The translations under genes and the position numbers were made by a program. The notes under the pieces are model-generated. The model had not been told where the DNA came from. It saw nothing but the letters and a program-made list of their open reading frames with translations, and made no database searches. Shown one piece after another: positions 1-11,378 of a DNA stretch of 64,000 bases; positions within the stretch are counted from its first letter, which is position 1, and each line of letters opens with the position of its first letter. This stretch comes from Trichosphaerium sp. ATCC 40318. Its lineage: Eukaryota; Protista; Tubulinea. The stretch is taken from the NCBI GenBank assembly GCA_038496445.1, contig JALMLS010000326.1, positions 1 to 64,000 of the forward strand, written 5' to 3'.

Positions 1-2928
1 TCAAGAGATGTGCCAATGAATATATTTGTTTTTAGTCTTTTTCGTTGGTGTTTGGCTAAGCGCTTTTTTGTGCGCTAATACTGTAAAACGACGCGCTACG
101 GAGCAAAAAACGGGTGCGCGTCCAGAGGGCGGGATTAAACTGCATCTCTAATGCCTATTGGATGGACAGGATGGCCAGCAACGTATTTGATCTCGCTCAA
201 TTGCTTGTAGAGTTGTGGTACGTATTCGTCCCATTTAGCTTGGTGGAAATTGATGGCTACGGGATTGCCGAGAGAGTACTTGGACGCTAAGGTCTTTGTC
301 TGTTGTATCCTTGTTAGTATAATCGTTTAATACACCACATTGATGAGCGTGCCTTGTGGCCAGCGCGGTTGTCTTGGCTTCTGTTACTGAGGAGGCTTTC
401 CTCAACGTCAATTTTTCCATTTCGTTGTTGGTACAGTAAGTAGACGTAACGGTGCAGTCCAGTCTCTACGTGGCGTGTAAGTTTGAATCATCGACTTTTT
501 AAGGCGCAATTTAAAAAAAACCCAGATTGAAGTGTGGTTGTCTGGCACTGTAGTAGTAGTTTTTTTTTTGTTTGCATTTGTTTTTGAGGTCCATACCTTG
601 TGGTGGACCTTCGCCAATGTACTCGTAGATGGTGTCACCCTTTGCAATATCGTTTCCTTTTGAGCGAGTATAAGTAAGTGACATTAAAATGAGGACGCGT
701 ATTTACACATACCAGGTATGTTTGCGACGAACCAGTGGTGCCATTCGCCAACGGCCTTCTCGCGTGATGGCGCGTCTGGGTCAGTTTTGACGAGGGTGTA
801 CAAAGTCTATCAACAATTATTATTGAGATAAAGACTAGGTTAACGACCAATTTCACTAACGTACGTCAGGAGCTGCTTCAAACGAAATTTTTGGACTTTT
901 TGTGTCTACAGTGGATTTTAGAGCAAGTTATTTGGGTTGTACGCACTTGTGTTGGTTTTAGCTCGTTTTCCAAAGCTTGCAGCCACACCAGTGTCAGGCC
1001 ATTCAACTTTTAACTCCATTCTAGGTTCAAAGTCCCTTGTTACATCGCCAATAACGCTGTGCTCTTTCAAGGTCTCTCTAGCCTCTTCACTTGCTTTCAG
1101 TGTGTTAGCTTTAAATTGCGTACAATCATCGATCAAAGCAAAAGGGTGATGGTTAAAGTGAAGTCTACGTACAAAAGCATCTGGTTGCTCGCTTCTGTGA
1201 GCGGACAGCTTTGCTTTGAGCGGTTCTACAGACAGTACGCAACAACATGTTTGCTTAGAGTTGCAATTGAGAGTGGCGACTATTGCTTGACTATGATTTA
1301 ATTGAAACTTTTTTGAGTTTTTTTTTTTTTTTTTTGTTTTCAGTTCCTGGGTTACTGTACGTACTTGAAGCCATCGTTAGAAACGCCAAGCAAAGAGATC
1401 ATTACCAGCGAACCACACATGTCAAGTTCGTCAAAGAGCTCGATGGCGGCTCAAATTGAATCCAAGCGGTCATTGGTACCATCCAAGGAAATGTTCGGTA
1501 TTTTTTACATGCTTTTTCCAGATTTCTGGTTCTGCTTCTCAACTCGAGGTGCAAAATACGCTGGAATGGGCACTGCAGAAAGTAGAATCTAAAACTGTGA
1601 AAGCTCACGCAGACACAGCCGCTCTGTGGAAATTATTACAAACGTACGCAAAAAGTCTTAGAAATATAACCAGTGAACACACTATAGGATATTGTCACGC
1701 CATGGAGCGTTTGTATTGGGTGTTGTACAGAAAAATGTAAAGACAACCTCCTCGCGTTTACAGTGCGTACTTGTGTCCTGACAAATGATCGTATAAACAG
1801 TTGTTGTAGTTCTGTATTTAAAATTGGCATGTCACAATTTTTGAAAGACATTGTGGCCAAGTCATCATCCCAGGCGCCCTCCAACACTGTAAACGAAATA
1901 TTGGATTGCTTGTTATTGTTTTACAGCCACATTCCAGGTTGGTGTCAGGTGTTGTCTGGCAATGTGATTGTTCTCAGCCAAGGTACGCTCCCTCCTCCCT
2001 TTAGCTGTTGCCGTTTTATACATTTACAGCGGTACCACATAAAATCTGTTCTCACACTCCTTCCTTCAGCGCTCAAGGCCATCAGGGTTCACCACAAAAC
2101 CAGGTCGCGAGACAAACTCGTAGCATCACTGTGGCGTTTGATACGCATGCTAGTCGTACATCTCGATGTTCAAAGTGACGTGTACAAGCGGGCTGAGCTG
2201 TTTAAGAATATCTTCTTGCATCTACTTCCTCCTTTTGTCTACTTGCGCGCAACTGGCGTATCACAAGATCAACTCGAACCGGTGCACAATGTCATCACGC
2301 GCACGCTGTTTCACAAAAAGAACATGTTGCGCATCCCTCTCTACATGACAGACAAGTACGCACGCTCAACAACAACTTAACAACTTAAAAAATTACGCTC
2401 CACCTGAGTTATTACTTACTTGCTATTGTTAGGCTCATAAAGGACAACGAGCTTACAAAGCGTGTGTTGCACAGTGACAAGGAGGGAAATTACTTTTGGA
2501 AGGCTGTGAAGCAGTACATCAAAGACAAGACCACAAATTTGTCCGTGTCAAAGCTCAAGTGCGTTGGTTACTTGCTGGAACAGTTTCTATTGATGGCCTC
2601 CGCTGTAAAGGTTGAGGCAGCATCACTCGCTAAACACCAAGGCAAGGACGCAGAACAAGCAAACGCATCTATAGAGGTGATGATGCGGTTGTACTCGACA
2701 ACAAAGGACATTGACTACCGCATTTTCAACCACATATGGACTGAAACGATGCGTGTTCATCCCATCACCACAGCACTCGGTGTTTTGGGCGCAGAGTCAC
2801 TGCTCGGAGCTATGACATTGCGTCGTGGGTTCAATGTTCAGTCAGCAAACCAAATGGCGATGATAGGCGATATCGTCAAGCAAGTGTCGAACGCCATTGC
2901 CACTCAACCAGGTTTGCTCTCTTTTTTG
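1..2928. repeat. Left arm of a large inverted duplication (reverse complement of 9869-12802); may extend beyond the window start
   Basis: Base 1 TCAAGAGATGTGCCAATGAATA is the reverse complement of 12781-12802. ORF 1763..2380(+) is identical to 10417..11034(-), and 2464..(+) matches ..10333(-) up to LSFL. Identity stops after CTCTCTTTTTTG (2928/9869). Confidence 0.97.
135..1248 (-). CDS. Duplicate copy of the PEBP-family gene, carrying a +1 and a nearby -1 indel
   Basis: Mirror of 11551-12667. Extra T at ~965 (GKRAKTNT instead of GNELKPTQ) and a missing base at ~893 would restore the frame in the next exon. Confidence 0.7.
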
Positions 2929-2964
2929 GGCACGTTTATTTTCCACACAAATGGCACATTTTAG
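1419..2964 (+). pseudogene. 5'-only truncated duplicate of the URB2-like gene, ending in MITE-derived codons
   Basis: Mirror of the first exons of 6373-11378. The frame runs across the breakpoint into GTFIFHTNGTF* supplied by the MITE fragment. Start codon uncertain. Confidence 0.75.
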
Positions 2965-2992
2965 ACACGTATTTTGTCTGATTCCACCACTG
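2924..2992 (-). mobile_element. Truncated MITE copy (left end) at the duplication breakpoint
   Basis: Reverse complement reads CAGTGGTGGAATCAGACAAAATACGTGTCTAAAATGTGCCATTTGTGTGGAAAATAAACGTGCCCAAAA, matching the start of 3433-3583. Confidence 0.85.
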
Positions 2993-3162
2993 ATGTGCCA
3001 CATACAGATTATGTATCAGCATTATTGGCAACTTTAAGTGTATAGTTGGTCCAAAACCTACAATACTGGAATCAGGATTTTGACCCATACTAAACCTGTA
3101 CAAAACCTTGCTTTGGAATGGTTTTGTACATACAGATTAAGTATAGGTCAAAAGTGGGTCAC

Positions 3163-3244
3163 TCCTTGATGGCCTAACGGTTATGGTCCTCAACCCAAAA
3201 TCCATTATGTTTGTGAGGTCTTGGTTTAAGTCCCACCTAGGACA
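3163..3244 (+). other. Degenerate tRNA-like / SINE-head sequence
   Basis: A-box-like TGGCCTAACGG (3170-3180), B-box-like GGTTTAAGTCC (3223-3233), partially paired ends TCCT..AGGA. No clean anticodon arm. Confidence 0.45.
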
Positions 3245-3432
3245 AATCATATTAGGTGGTGATTAAGCCTTTGATACAGGTTAGATACAAGTAAAGTACA
3301 GGTAAACGATGCAGAATCCATACAGATTAAGTACAGGTCAAAAGTATGGCACATACAGGTTTTGTACAAGTCAAAAGTATGGAACTCATATGAGATAGGT
3401 ACAGGGCAGCTGGTAAAATTGTGTACAAGATA

Positions 3433-3583
3433 CAGTGGTGGAATCAGACAAAGTACATTTGCCTAAAATGTGCCATTTGCATGGAAAATAAACATGCCCA
3501 AAATGTGCAATTCACATGGAAAATAAATGTATCCAAAATGTGCCCAAAACATGCGATTCACATGCTGTCCAATTCCACCACTG
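3433..3583 (+). mobile_element. Complete 151-bp MITE with terminal inverted repeats and a 3-bp ATA target duplication
   Basis: Perfect 12-bp TIR CAGTGGTGGAAT/ATTCCACCACTG (18 bp with 2 mismatches). ATA on both flanks (3430-3432, 3584-3586). Internal repeats of TGGAAAATAAA and TGCCCAAAA. Confidence 0.85.
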
Positions 3584-4008
3584 ATAGTAAAACAATGGAT
3601 AGGTGTATTGTTTTCTTAACTATTACAAGTACATTTACATTACAACACATCAGTAGTAAAATCAGGAGTACGGATAATGTACGGGTAGGGGTCAAAAAGT
3701 ACAGATCCTGTACGGGTTTTGTACAGGTCGGAAGTATGGGTTACGTACGGGTTTAATCCGGGTCAAAAGTATGGAACCTGTATGGGTTGAGTACAGGTCA
3801 AAAGTACGGGTTCTGTACGGGTTGAGTACGGGTCAAAAGTACAGGTTCCGTATGGGTTTTGTACGGGTCAAAAGTATGGAACCTGTACAGGTTAGGTACG
3901 GGTCAAAATATGTGTCGGCAATTATAATTGTGTACACAAAATAGTAAAAACGATGGATTGGTTTATTGTTTTCTTAACTATTACAAGTACATTTACATTA
4001 CAACACAT
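3584..4008 (+). repeat. ~67-bp direct repeat pair (3584-3650 and ~3942-4008)
   Basis: Both copies contain TATTGTTTTCTTAACTATTACAAGTACATTTACATTACAACACAT. Confidence 0.9.
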
Positions 4009-4009
4009 T

Positions 4010-5037
4010 ATTACATTACAACCTCATTACCAAACGACCATGTTTTTGGTAATATCCCTCAACTATTGCCTTCAGCTATGTACACCAAATATCTTGGTTT
4101 CACACTTTCTCTCCATAAAACTCACTTTCGACTTTCACAAGGGTTTGGAAAATATTATCAAGTCTTTCAACTCATGGAAACCTTATGCTAAAACACTTAG
4201 AGCTAAGCACTCCATTCTTTGCACTTATGCACAGTCTCAAATCTTATATTTTGCTAGACCACTTCTTATTCCACAGGAAATAGACTAAAAATAATGTCAG
4301 CTGGTTTCTGTTTTATGGTTACTATGACAGCACCAATAATGTTGCCAAAGTATATAACAAAGACATGTTTATCGATTATCATTGGGTGTTAGAACCTCAC
4401 TGCCTTTCCACTTAGGTGGACTGTCTGTCCCTGATATATCCACCATAACAAACAATTTTAAGGCCTCTTTGTGGTTCAGGCACCTCACCACAGTCACCTT
4501 ATATTCCGACTTATGGGAATCTCACCTTTCCAATATAGGTAATTATTGCTACAATAGCTGGAAGGAGTTAGCTGCTGATGGTACATTTCCTCCTTTGCAA
4601 CGTTATGCAAAAGTGTCAGATATTGTGAAACACAACACATCTAAACCAAAAAGTGTCAAATGGCCTCCTACCTTACTGCTTATGATTGATGATGGCTGGA
4701 AAGTCCACCTAATGTTAAAGACTGTTAGCTCCTTGAGGGGAATTAACTAGCCTAGAGACATCTTGTGGCGGTACTTTTTAAAACTAGTGCCTGTCAAACA
4801 TTCAAAATCTCCTATTCCAACACAAACATTTTCCATACACCCATTTCCCCACATACATATAGATCTAACAGAAAAAGAAATAACTATGGCTCAGACTATG
4901 AAATTTCAGACTGTGAAAACTCTGACAAATGGGAATCAGATCTGTATTTCGAATTGTAAAACACATGTATCAAAATGTGCAGAGTTATTGTTGTCCACAG
5001 CACAATAAACCCACCTTTTTTTAAAAAAAAAAAAAAA
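4010..5037 (+). mobile_element. 5'-truncated, frameshifted non-LTR retrotransposon (L1/Tx1-like ORF2 3' part) with poly(A) tail
   Basis: KYLGFTL (RT domain 7-like), then IIKSFNSWKPYAKTLRAKHSILCTYAQSQILYF and SLPFHLGGLSVPDI...LWFR in shifting frames. AATAAA at ~5004 and an A-run at 5023-5037. Confidence 0.8.
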
Positions 5038-5250
5038 CCATATGTACACTTAACCAACAATAGCCATTCAGAAATGAAGATGTTTATACAACTACAAGAA
5101 CTTTACAAAGAGATAAAGGTGTGCAACAGTAAACCATACCACAGCATGACATCTATAAAACCATGTTTACACATGATAGACACTAAATGTGAGTAATTGT
5201 GTGAAGCAGTTGAGAATTGTGCATTGTGTTCATTGAAATTGCCTAATACA

Positions 5251-5445
5251 TTTTTTTTTTTTTTCAAAAATGGTGGGTTTATTGTGCTGTGGATGACAAT
5301 AACCATGCGTGCTTTTTGTTACATTTTGTTTTATCACAGTTCAAAGTAAAGATCTTCATCCCAGTCATCTGAGCTTTCATCATCTGAGTAATAGTTGTGT
5401 CTTTGCCTACTTGACCTACTAATGGTTGGTGGAGTTAGTGGACAA
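5251..5445 (-). mobile_element. Second, short 3' fragment of a related non-LTR element in the opposite orientation
   Basis: Minus strand encodes ...RSSRQRHNYYSDDESSDDWDEDLYFEL*, followed by TCCACAGCACAATAAACCCACC and an A-run, as in 4880-5037. Confidence 0.8.
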
Positions 5446-5979
5446 AACTCAACCATCTCACCCCAAAGCCGATCGCCTCCAATCGTCAACAATAAAACAT
5501 GTATTTTCACCCAAGTAAGCAGTAGTTAGGTTTGTATCGGCATGGCTCTAAAAGTAGGCGAAAAAATTTAAAAATACCCAAAAACCAACAATTTCTTGAT
5601 TTTTCTATTTTTCGTGAATAACTCAGGTCTACTAGTATGAATCCTTTAAAAAACGAAGTATGGCCCACTATTAGGTACGATGCATGGTTTCGTGGTGGTT
5701 TGGGGTTCGGTGCCCTTTTTAAAGACGATTATTGGATTTGAGATTTTTTGCCTAATTAGGTAAGTTCTTGCTTAAGTATTTACGATAAGGCAGGATTGGC
5801 GAAAAAAGCAGGTAAAATGGCAAAAACATGAAGTTGGTTGATATAAACTGGGTATTGTTGATGTGGGGATAGTTTTATGTAAAGTTTGTAATAATTGTAC
5901 CAAACCTCTTTGTAATCGTTATGTGTTATGTATCGTAATAAACTGTTATTTTCTTTTCCTCTATAAAGTGGTGTTTTAT

Positions 5980-6106
5980 GCGTGCTCAAAACGTGTGATA
6001 TGCGTGGCAAATATGTGTGCCCAAAACGTGCCTTTTGTGTGGAAAATAAACATGCCCAAAACATGCCCAAAACATGCAATTCGCGTTCTGTCCGATTCCA
6101 CCACTG
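5980..6106 (+). mobile_element. Third MITE copy (right end retained, left TIR missing)
   Basis: GTGGAAAATAAACATGCCCAAAACATGC...TGTCCGATTCCACCACTG matches the 3' half of 3433-3583. Confidence 0.8.
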
Positions 6107-6372
6107 TACATATATTGTACATGCGAAAAGTACATGGCACATATATTAACTCTATTTGCCTCCTAATATTATATCCCTGTCAAAGTTTAGATCCAACAGG
6201 AAAATACTACATTATTATTCAAAAAAAAAAAAATGCTTTTCACTAGAGTTTGAAACAGCAAAAAAAAACAATAAGCATATTAAAGTTGTAATTGAAACAA
6301 GGCAAAGGAAGGATTGAGGTAAACTGTTTTTAACACTTAGAAATTACAAACAACTAAATTACAACTTTTACT

Positions 6373-9300
6373 TTATTTTCCAGATAAATAAGTTTTGATA
6401 TCTTGCCACTCGAAAAATTTGTTGTATCTATCATACAACTGTTTATAAAATTGCTTTTCACCAACAGATAACACTTCAAAAACATGTTGTCTGTCACTTG
6501 GAGAGAGCCTGCTAAATAACTTACATGCACCTAACAGAATTACTGGTTAATAATCAAGATAAACAGTTTCTACATGCCTGTAGTAAGCAAAGTTGATAAA
6601 TGCGTTGGTACAGAGTGTTGCGTTAGAAGTTGTATACAGTGAGTGATCAAAAAAGTTGCTACATTGATTAACAATAGTTAAATTCAAGGACCTACCTATG
6701 TGAAAGGGAAACAATCTTGCATTTTCACATATTTCAACATAAATACGGCCAATCAACCCGCAGGATATAACTGCACTGGCTTGTTGTTTTAATTCTTCAG
6801 ATACAAGTAGGTGTTGCAAAAATACTGTATGGTTAAGGTAAAAATAGCTAAAAAAAGTAGCAGAAACAAAAGTATAATGGATACGATGAAGCACAGTCAT
6901 GTATGACGCAATGTTGTGTCCAACACTCTCTGGCGCACACCGTATAAAACGGAAGAGCAGCTGCAAGCTACTACAAACCACTGATCCATGGGGAACATGC
7001 ACTGAGCGACATAATGGCTCAAAGCCGCACAATACCAACTGTACTTGCCGATCTTGCCAGTGCAAGCCATGGCCATCTTGTAGCAACTCCATGTATAAAG
7101 CTATACACAGGTCAATGGTAGCATCTGTCTTTGTATTGCTGCGCATTATAGCGACAATGGTAGATAGCAACCTGACAAATACATGCCAATCCAAGGACGT
7201 GGTAGACTGTCGAACACCTTTAAATAGATTAGACCTAATAATAGTGCTAACTTGCTGGATAACGTGCCTTCAAGCGATCCTTGTAATGCCACTAATAGCA
7301 GTGGCAAGGCCACTTTACGGTTGGTGTGCTTTGTGGCAATGATTAAATAATTAACAAGCAACGTGTGATCTGTAGCACATCCGCTCAACGATTTGAAAGC
7401 GGCTGATACCCACACTGGCTTTGCCAATGACGCAGTCTGTTTAATGGCATCCATGTGCAAGCCAGTTAGAAACGCAAAGTAGTTTGCAGTGACGTTGCAA
7501 CGCAATTGCACCGCAAGTTGTGTCAAGTGATACAACCCGCTCCACATGCCCCACGCTTCTGTTGCATTCTTTGGACCTCGGTTGGCTAGCCAGTTCTCTA
7601 GCACAAGGCAGCCGTGCTGTACCATGCTGTGTATGTTGTTAGCAGTGTATGCGTGTTCATCTAAAGAGAGAGTGAGGGTGAGTTACACAAGTACTAAAAC
7701 GCCAACTGAAAAGAAGAAAAAAAAACAAAGCCTGACGCTGTACCTTGTGCTGCAATACGCCCTATTGCAAAAGCCAAAACAGCCAAAAACGGATCTTTGC
7801 CGTTGTTCGTTTTATCTTTGTACATTCTAAATAAAGAATGTGGTCATTAAGAGATTGATTGTCATCTCACAAAGTACAACTAAAAGTACGTTTTAAGGAC
7901 ACGATGCAATGGCTTTACGCTACTGAATGTAACAACATCTACCATATCTTGTAGAATTCTGCAACAAAGCCACCACTAGCAAGTACAGGATTAGTACGAG
8001 AATAGAATAACGTGTAGATCTAAAAAAAGCCTTACGCTGCGCTTATCAGCAAGCACACCAAGAAACTTGGCTATGGCAGTGTCCTGTGCATCCTTAGAAT
8101 AGTTTTAGTATACTTAGTCACGCGTTTTGTCTTTGAGAGATAGTAGAGATATGTACCCTGGAAAGTGCTGACAACCAACTCGTTACGAACCCAAACATGG
8201 CATGCTCTGTCGAATCAATACCAACGATCGCAGCTACAACATCTGTAGGGCTACAAAGCTGCAAAAAAATGGTAAGTGCTATTTATGGCATAGATGCAAT
8301 CACACTACCTTTGGTAAGACTTGAGCCACAGCTGCGTGCTGTCCAAGCTTGGCAAGTAACATCAAAGTATGTGGCTGAAGATGAGATGATCCGCGTACAC
8401 CTGCAATCGCCCACAGAAGAGCACACAGTTTTTGTGCGACATCTGGTCGCAACACGAGCAAATGAGTTGGTTTTACCAATGTCAGTATGCTTTCGACATG
8501 TTCTGTGCTATACGCTTGTAATCTACGAAGCTCAGACAGGCGGTTGTAAGGCAGTGACTCATTCGAGTCAAAAAGGACGGAAAGTGCTCGGGTTGCCTGT
8601 TCGTTATCCAATTGAAGACTAAGCCGCTTTCCTGCAGCCTGTATCAAAGCAGGTACCAATAAATCCAAGGCAGCGTGATCGTGTGCCAAGCACTTGTTCA
8701 GCTGACCAGCTAGAGATTTACACATTTGAGCATCGAGACTGGCCACAACGGACACTAGAAATGCCTGTACGCCACCGAGCGACATTGTTTCTAAAGAGCG
8801 GTGCATGTACGACACAGCCAAAAGGAGCTGCGGGATCCATCCACAAATATCCTGTAGGAGCAAGGCGTCCGAGTCCCACGATTGTTTGTACTTATTCACC
8901 ATGGATGCGTTAAACACCATCTCAAGTGCTTCTTCAATGCATTGTTTGTCCTTTACAACTCGACGAGAATGAATGATCCGATTGAAGTGCCATAGAACCG
9001 AACGAAACAGCAGTTTGACGTCAACGCCTCCAGTAAACGATTGACAAATATACCGCTTGATGGCGTTGCTCGTTACTGCGCTTTCAACAACCTTGTCTGT
9101 ACCTCCACTCGATTGAAACACGTGACCATAAGTAGCACGGTTGAAATGTCTGAACCTATCCAGCTCCAAGCACAACTTAAATGTAGCTCTCAATGTCTTG
9201 GCATTGTTCATTGCTGCGTCATCTACCAGGGGCTCCAATGCTGGCCGCAGCAACTTATCAGAGAAAGCTTGTACGACTTGTTCTTCAACAAGGGTAGCAA

Positions 9301-11378
9301 CCGATTCTTCGAGCTTGACAACTGATAGTATGGCGCAAAACACATCGACCAAGTGACCGTAGGCGATTGCATTATCAGTTAGATTCAATAGCTTATCCAA
9401 CACCCACTGGCCTATCCTAGAAAACTGCCTTGGCGGCATGGAAGCTTCCACTACCTGACGGAAAGCCCTCCAAGAGGCTGGCGTAAATATTTGTGATGGT
9501 GTTTCGTTCACAACCTGCGACAACAGGCACGACAAGAATTCTGGAATCTGTCTGCGTTTGGCATACGTCATCATTGTACTATCAAGCCACTCATTTGCCG
9601 CCTGGAATTGTAAATTTATTAGAACACACAATGAGGTTTTTTTTGTATGGACAAAGAGATGTGTGTTGTACCTTGCAGTCTTTCATGGTCCAGTAAAGTG
9701 GCAGAAGGTGCGCCAGCTGCCCTTTCACCTCGAATTTACTGAGATGCCTCAAACAGCCATAACCAAGCTCAACACAATCTAAATTACATCATTTGATTAG
9801 TCGCCATGTAGTGTACATGAAAAGTTTATATCATCAAAAACAAATAAAGCAATTAATTTCGAAAATAACAAAAAAGAGAGCAAACCTGGTTGAGTGGCAA
9901 TGGCGTTCGACACTTGCTTGACGATATCGCCTATCATCGCCATTTGGTTTGCTGACTGAACATTGAACCCACGACGCAATGTCATAGCTCCGAGCAGTGA
10001 CTCTGCGCCCAAAACACCGAGTGCTGTGGTGATGGGATGAACACGCATCGTTTCAGTCCATATGTGGTTGAAAATGCGGTAGTCAATGTCCTTTGTTGTC
10101 GAGTACAACCGCATCATCACCTCTATAGATGCGTTTGCTTGTTCTGCGTCCTTGCCTTGGTGTTTAGCGAGTGATGCTGCCTCAACCTTTACAGCGGAGG
10201 CCATCAATAGAAACTGTTCCAGCAAGTAACCAACGCACTTGAGCTTTGACACGGACAAATTTGTGGTCTTGTCTTTGATGTACTGCTTCACAGCCTTCCA
10301 AAAGTAATTTCCCTCCTTGTCACTGTGCAACACACGCTTCGTAAGCTCGTTGTCCTTTATGAGCCTAACAATAGCAAGTAAGTAATAACTCAGGTGGAGC
10401 GTAATTTTTTAAGTTGTTAAGTTGTTGTTGAGCGTGCGTACTTGTCTGTCATGTAGAGAGGGATGCGCAACATGTTCTTTTTGTGAAACAGCGTGCGCGT
10501 GATGACATTGTGCACCGGTTCGAGTTGATCTTGTGATACGCCAGTTGCGCGCAAGTAGACAAAAGGAGGAAGTAGATGCAAGAAGATATTCTTAAACAGC
10601 TCAGCCCGCTTGTACACGTCACTTTGAACATCGAGATGTACGACTAGCATGCGTATCAAACGCCACAGTGATGCTACGAGTTTGTCTCGCGACCTGGTTT
10701 TGTGGTGAACCCTGATGGCCTTGAGCGCTGAAGGAAGGAGTGTGAGAACAGATTTTATGTGGTACCGCTGTAAATGTATAAAACGGCAACAGCTAAAGGG
10801 AGGAGGGAGCGTACCTTGGCTGAGAACAATCACATTGCCAGACAACACCTGACACCAACCTGGAATGTGGCTGTAAAACAATAACAAGCAATCCAATATT
10901 TCGTTTACAGTGTTGGAGGGCGCCTGGGATGATGACTTGGCCACAATGTCTTTCAAAAATTGTGACATGCCAATTTTAAATACAGAACTACAACAACTGT
11001 TTATACGATCATTTGTCAGGACACAAGTACGCACTGTAAACGCGAGGAGGTTGTCTTTACATTTTTCTGTACAACACCCAATACAAACGCTCCATGGCGT
11101 GACAATATCCTATAGTGTGTTCACTGGTTATATTTCTAAGACTTTTTGCGTACGTTTGTAATAATTTCCACAGAGCGGCTGTGTCTGCGTGAGCTTTCAC
11201 AGTTTTAGATTCTACTTTCTGCAGTGCCCATTCCAGCGTATTTTGCACCTCGAGTTGAGAAGCAGAACCAGAAATCTGGAAAAAGCATGTAAAAAATACC
11301 GAACATTTCCTTGGATGGTACCAATGACCGCTTGGATTCAATTTGAGCCGCCATCGAGCTCTTTGACGAACTTGACAT
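6373..11378 (-). CDS. URB2: URB2/Npa2-like nucleolar ribosome-biogenesis protein (multi-exon)
   Basis: Large helical protein. TYAKRRQIPEFL resembles the URB2 Y-AKLRQ-P motif. The last exon GACKLFSRLSPSDRQHVFEVLSVGEKQFYKQLYDRYNKFFEW resembles the Urb2 C-terminal domain. Start codon uncertain. Confidence 0.7.

Larger units (their letters stand above)
3077..3913. repeat. Degenerate ~35-bp tandem satellite (GTACRGGTCAAAAGTATGGAACCTGTAYGGGTT..), interrupted by insertions
   Basis: Regular units start at about 3721, 3757, 3792, 3826, 3861 and 3896; looser units lie at 3130-3156 and 3296-3405; an inverted unit lies at ~3077-3108. Confidence 0.85.

Noticed and set aside
3163-3244. Functional tRNA gene
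   Set aside because: B box lacks TTCG, the acceptor stem is mismatched and there is no clean anticodon stem; kept only as a tRNA-like relic.
3679-3913. CRISPR-like array
   Set aside because: Units are contiguous degenerate tandem repeats with no unique spacers; no cas genes; eukaryotic context.
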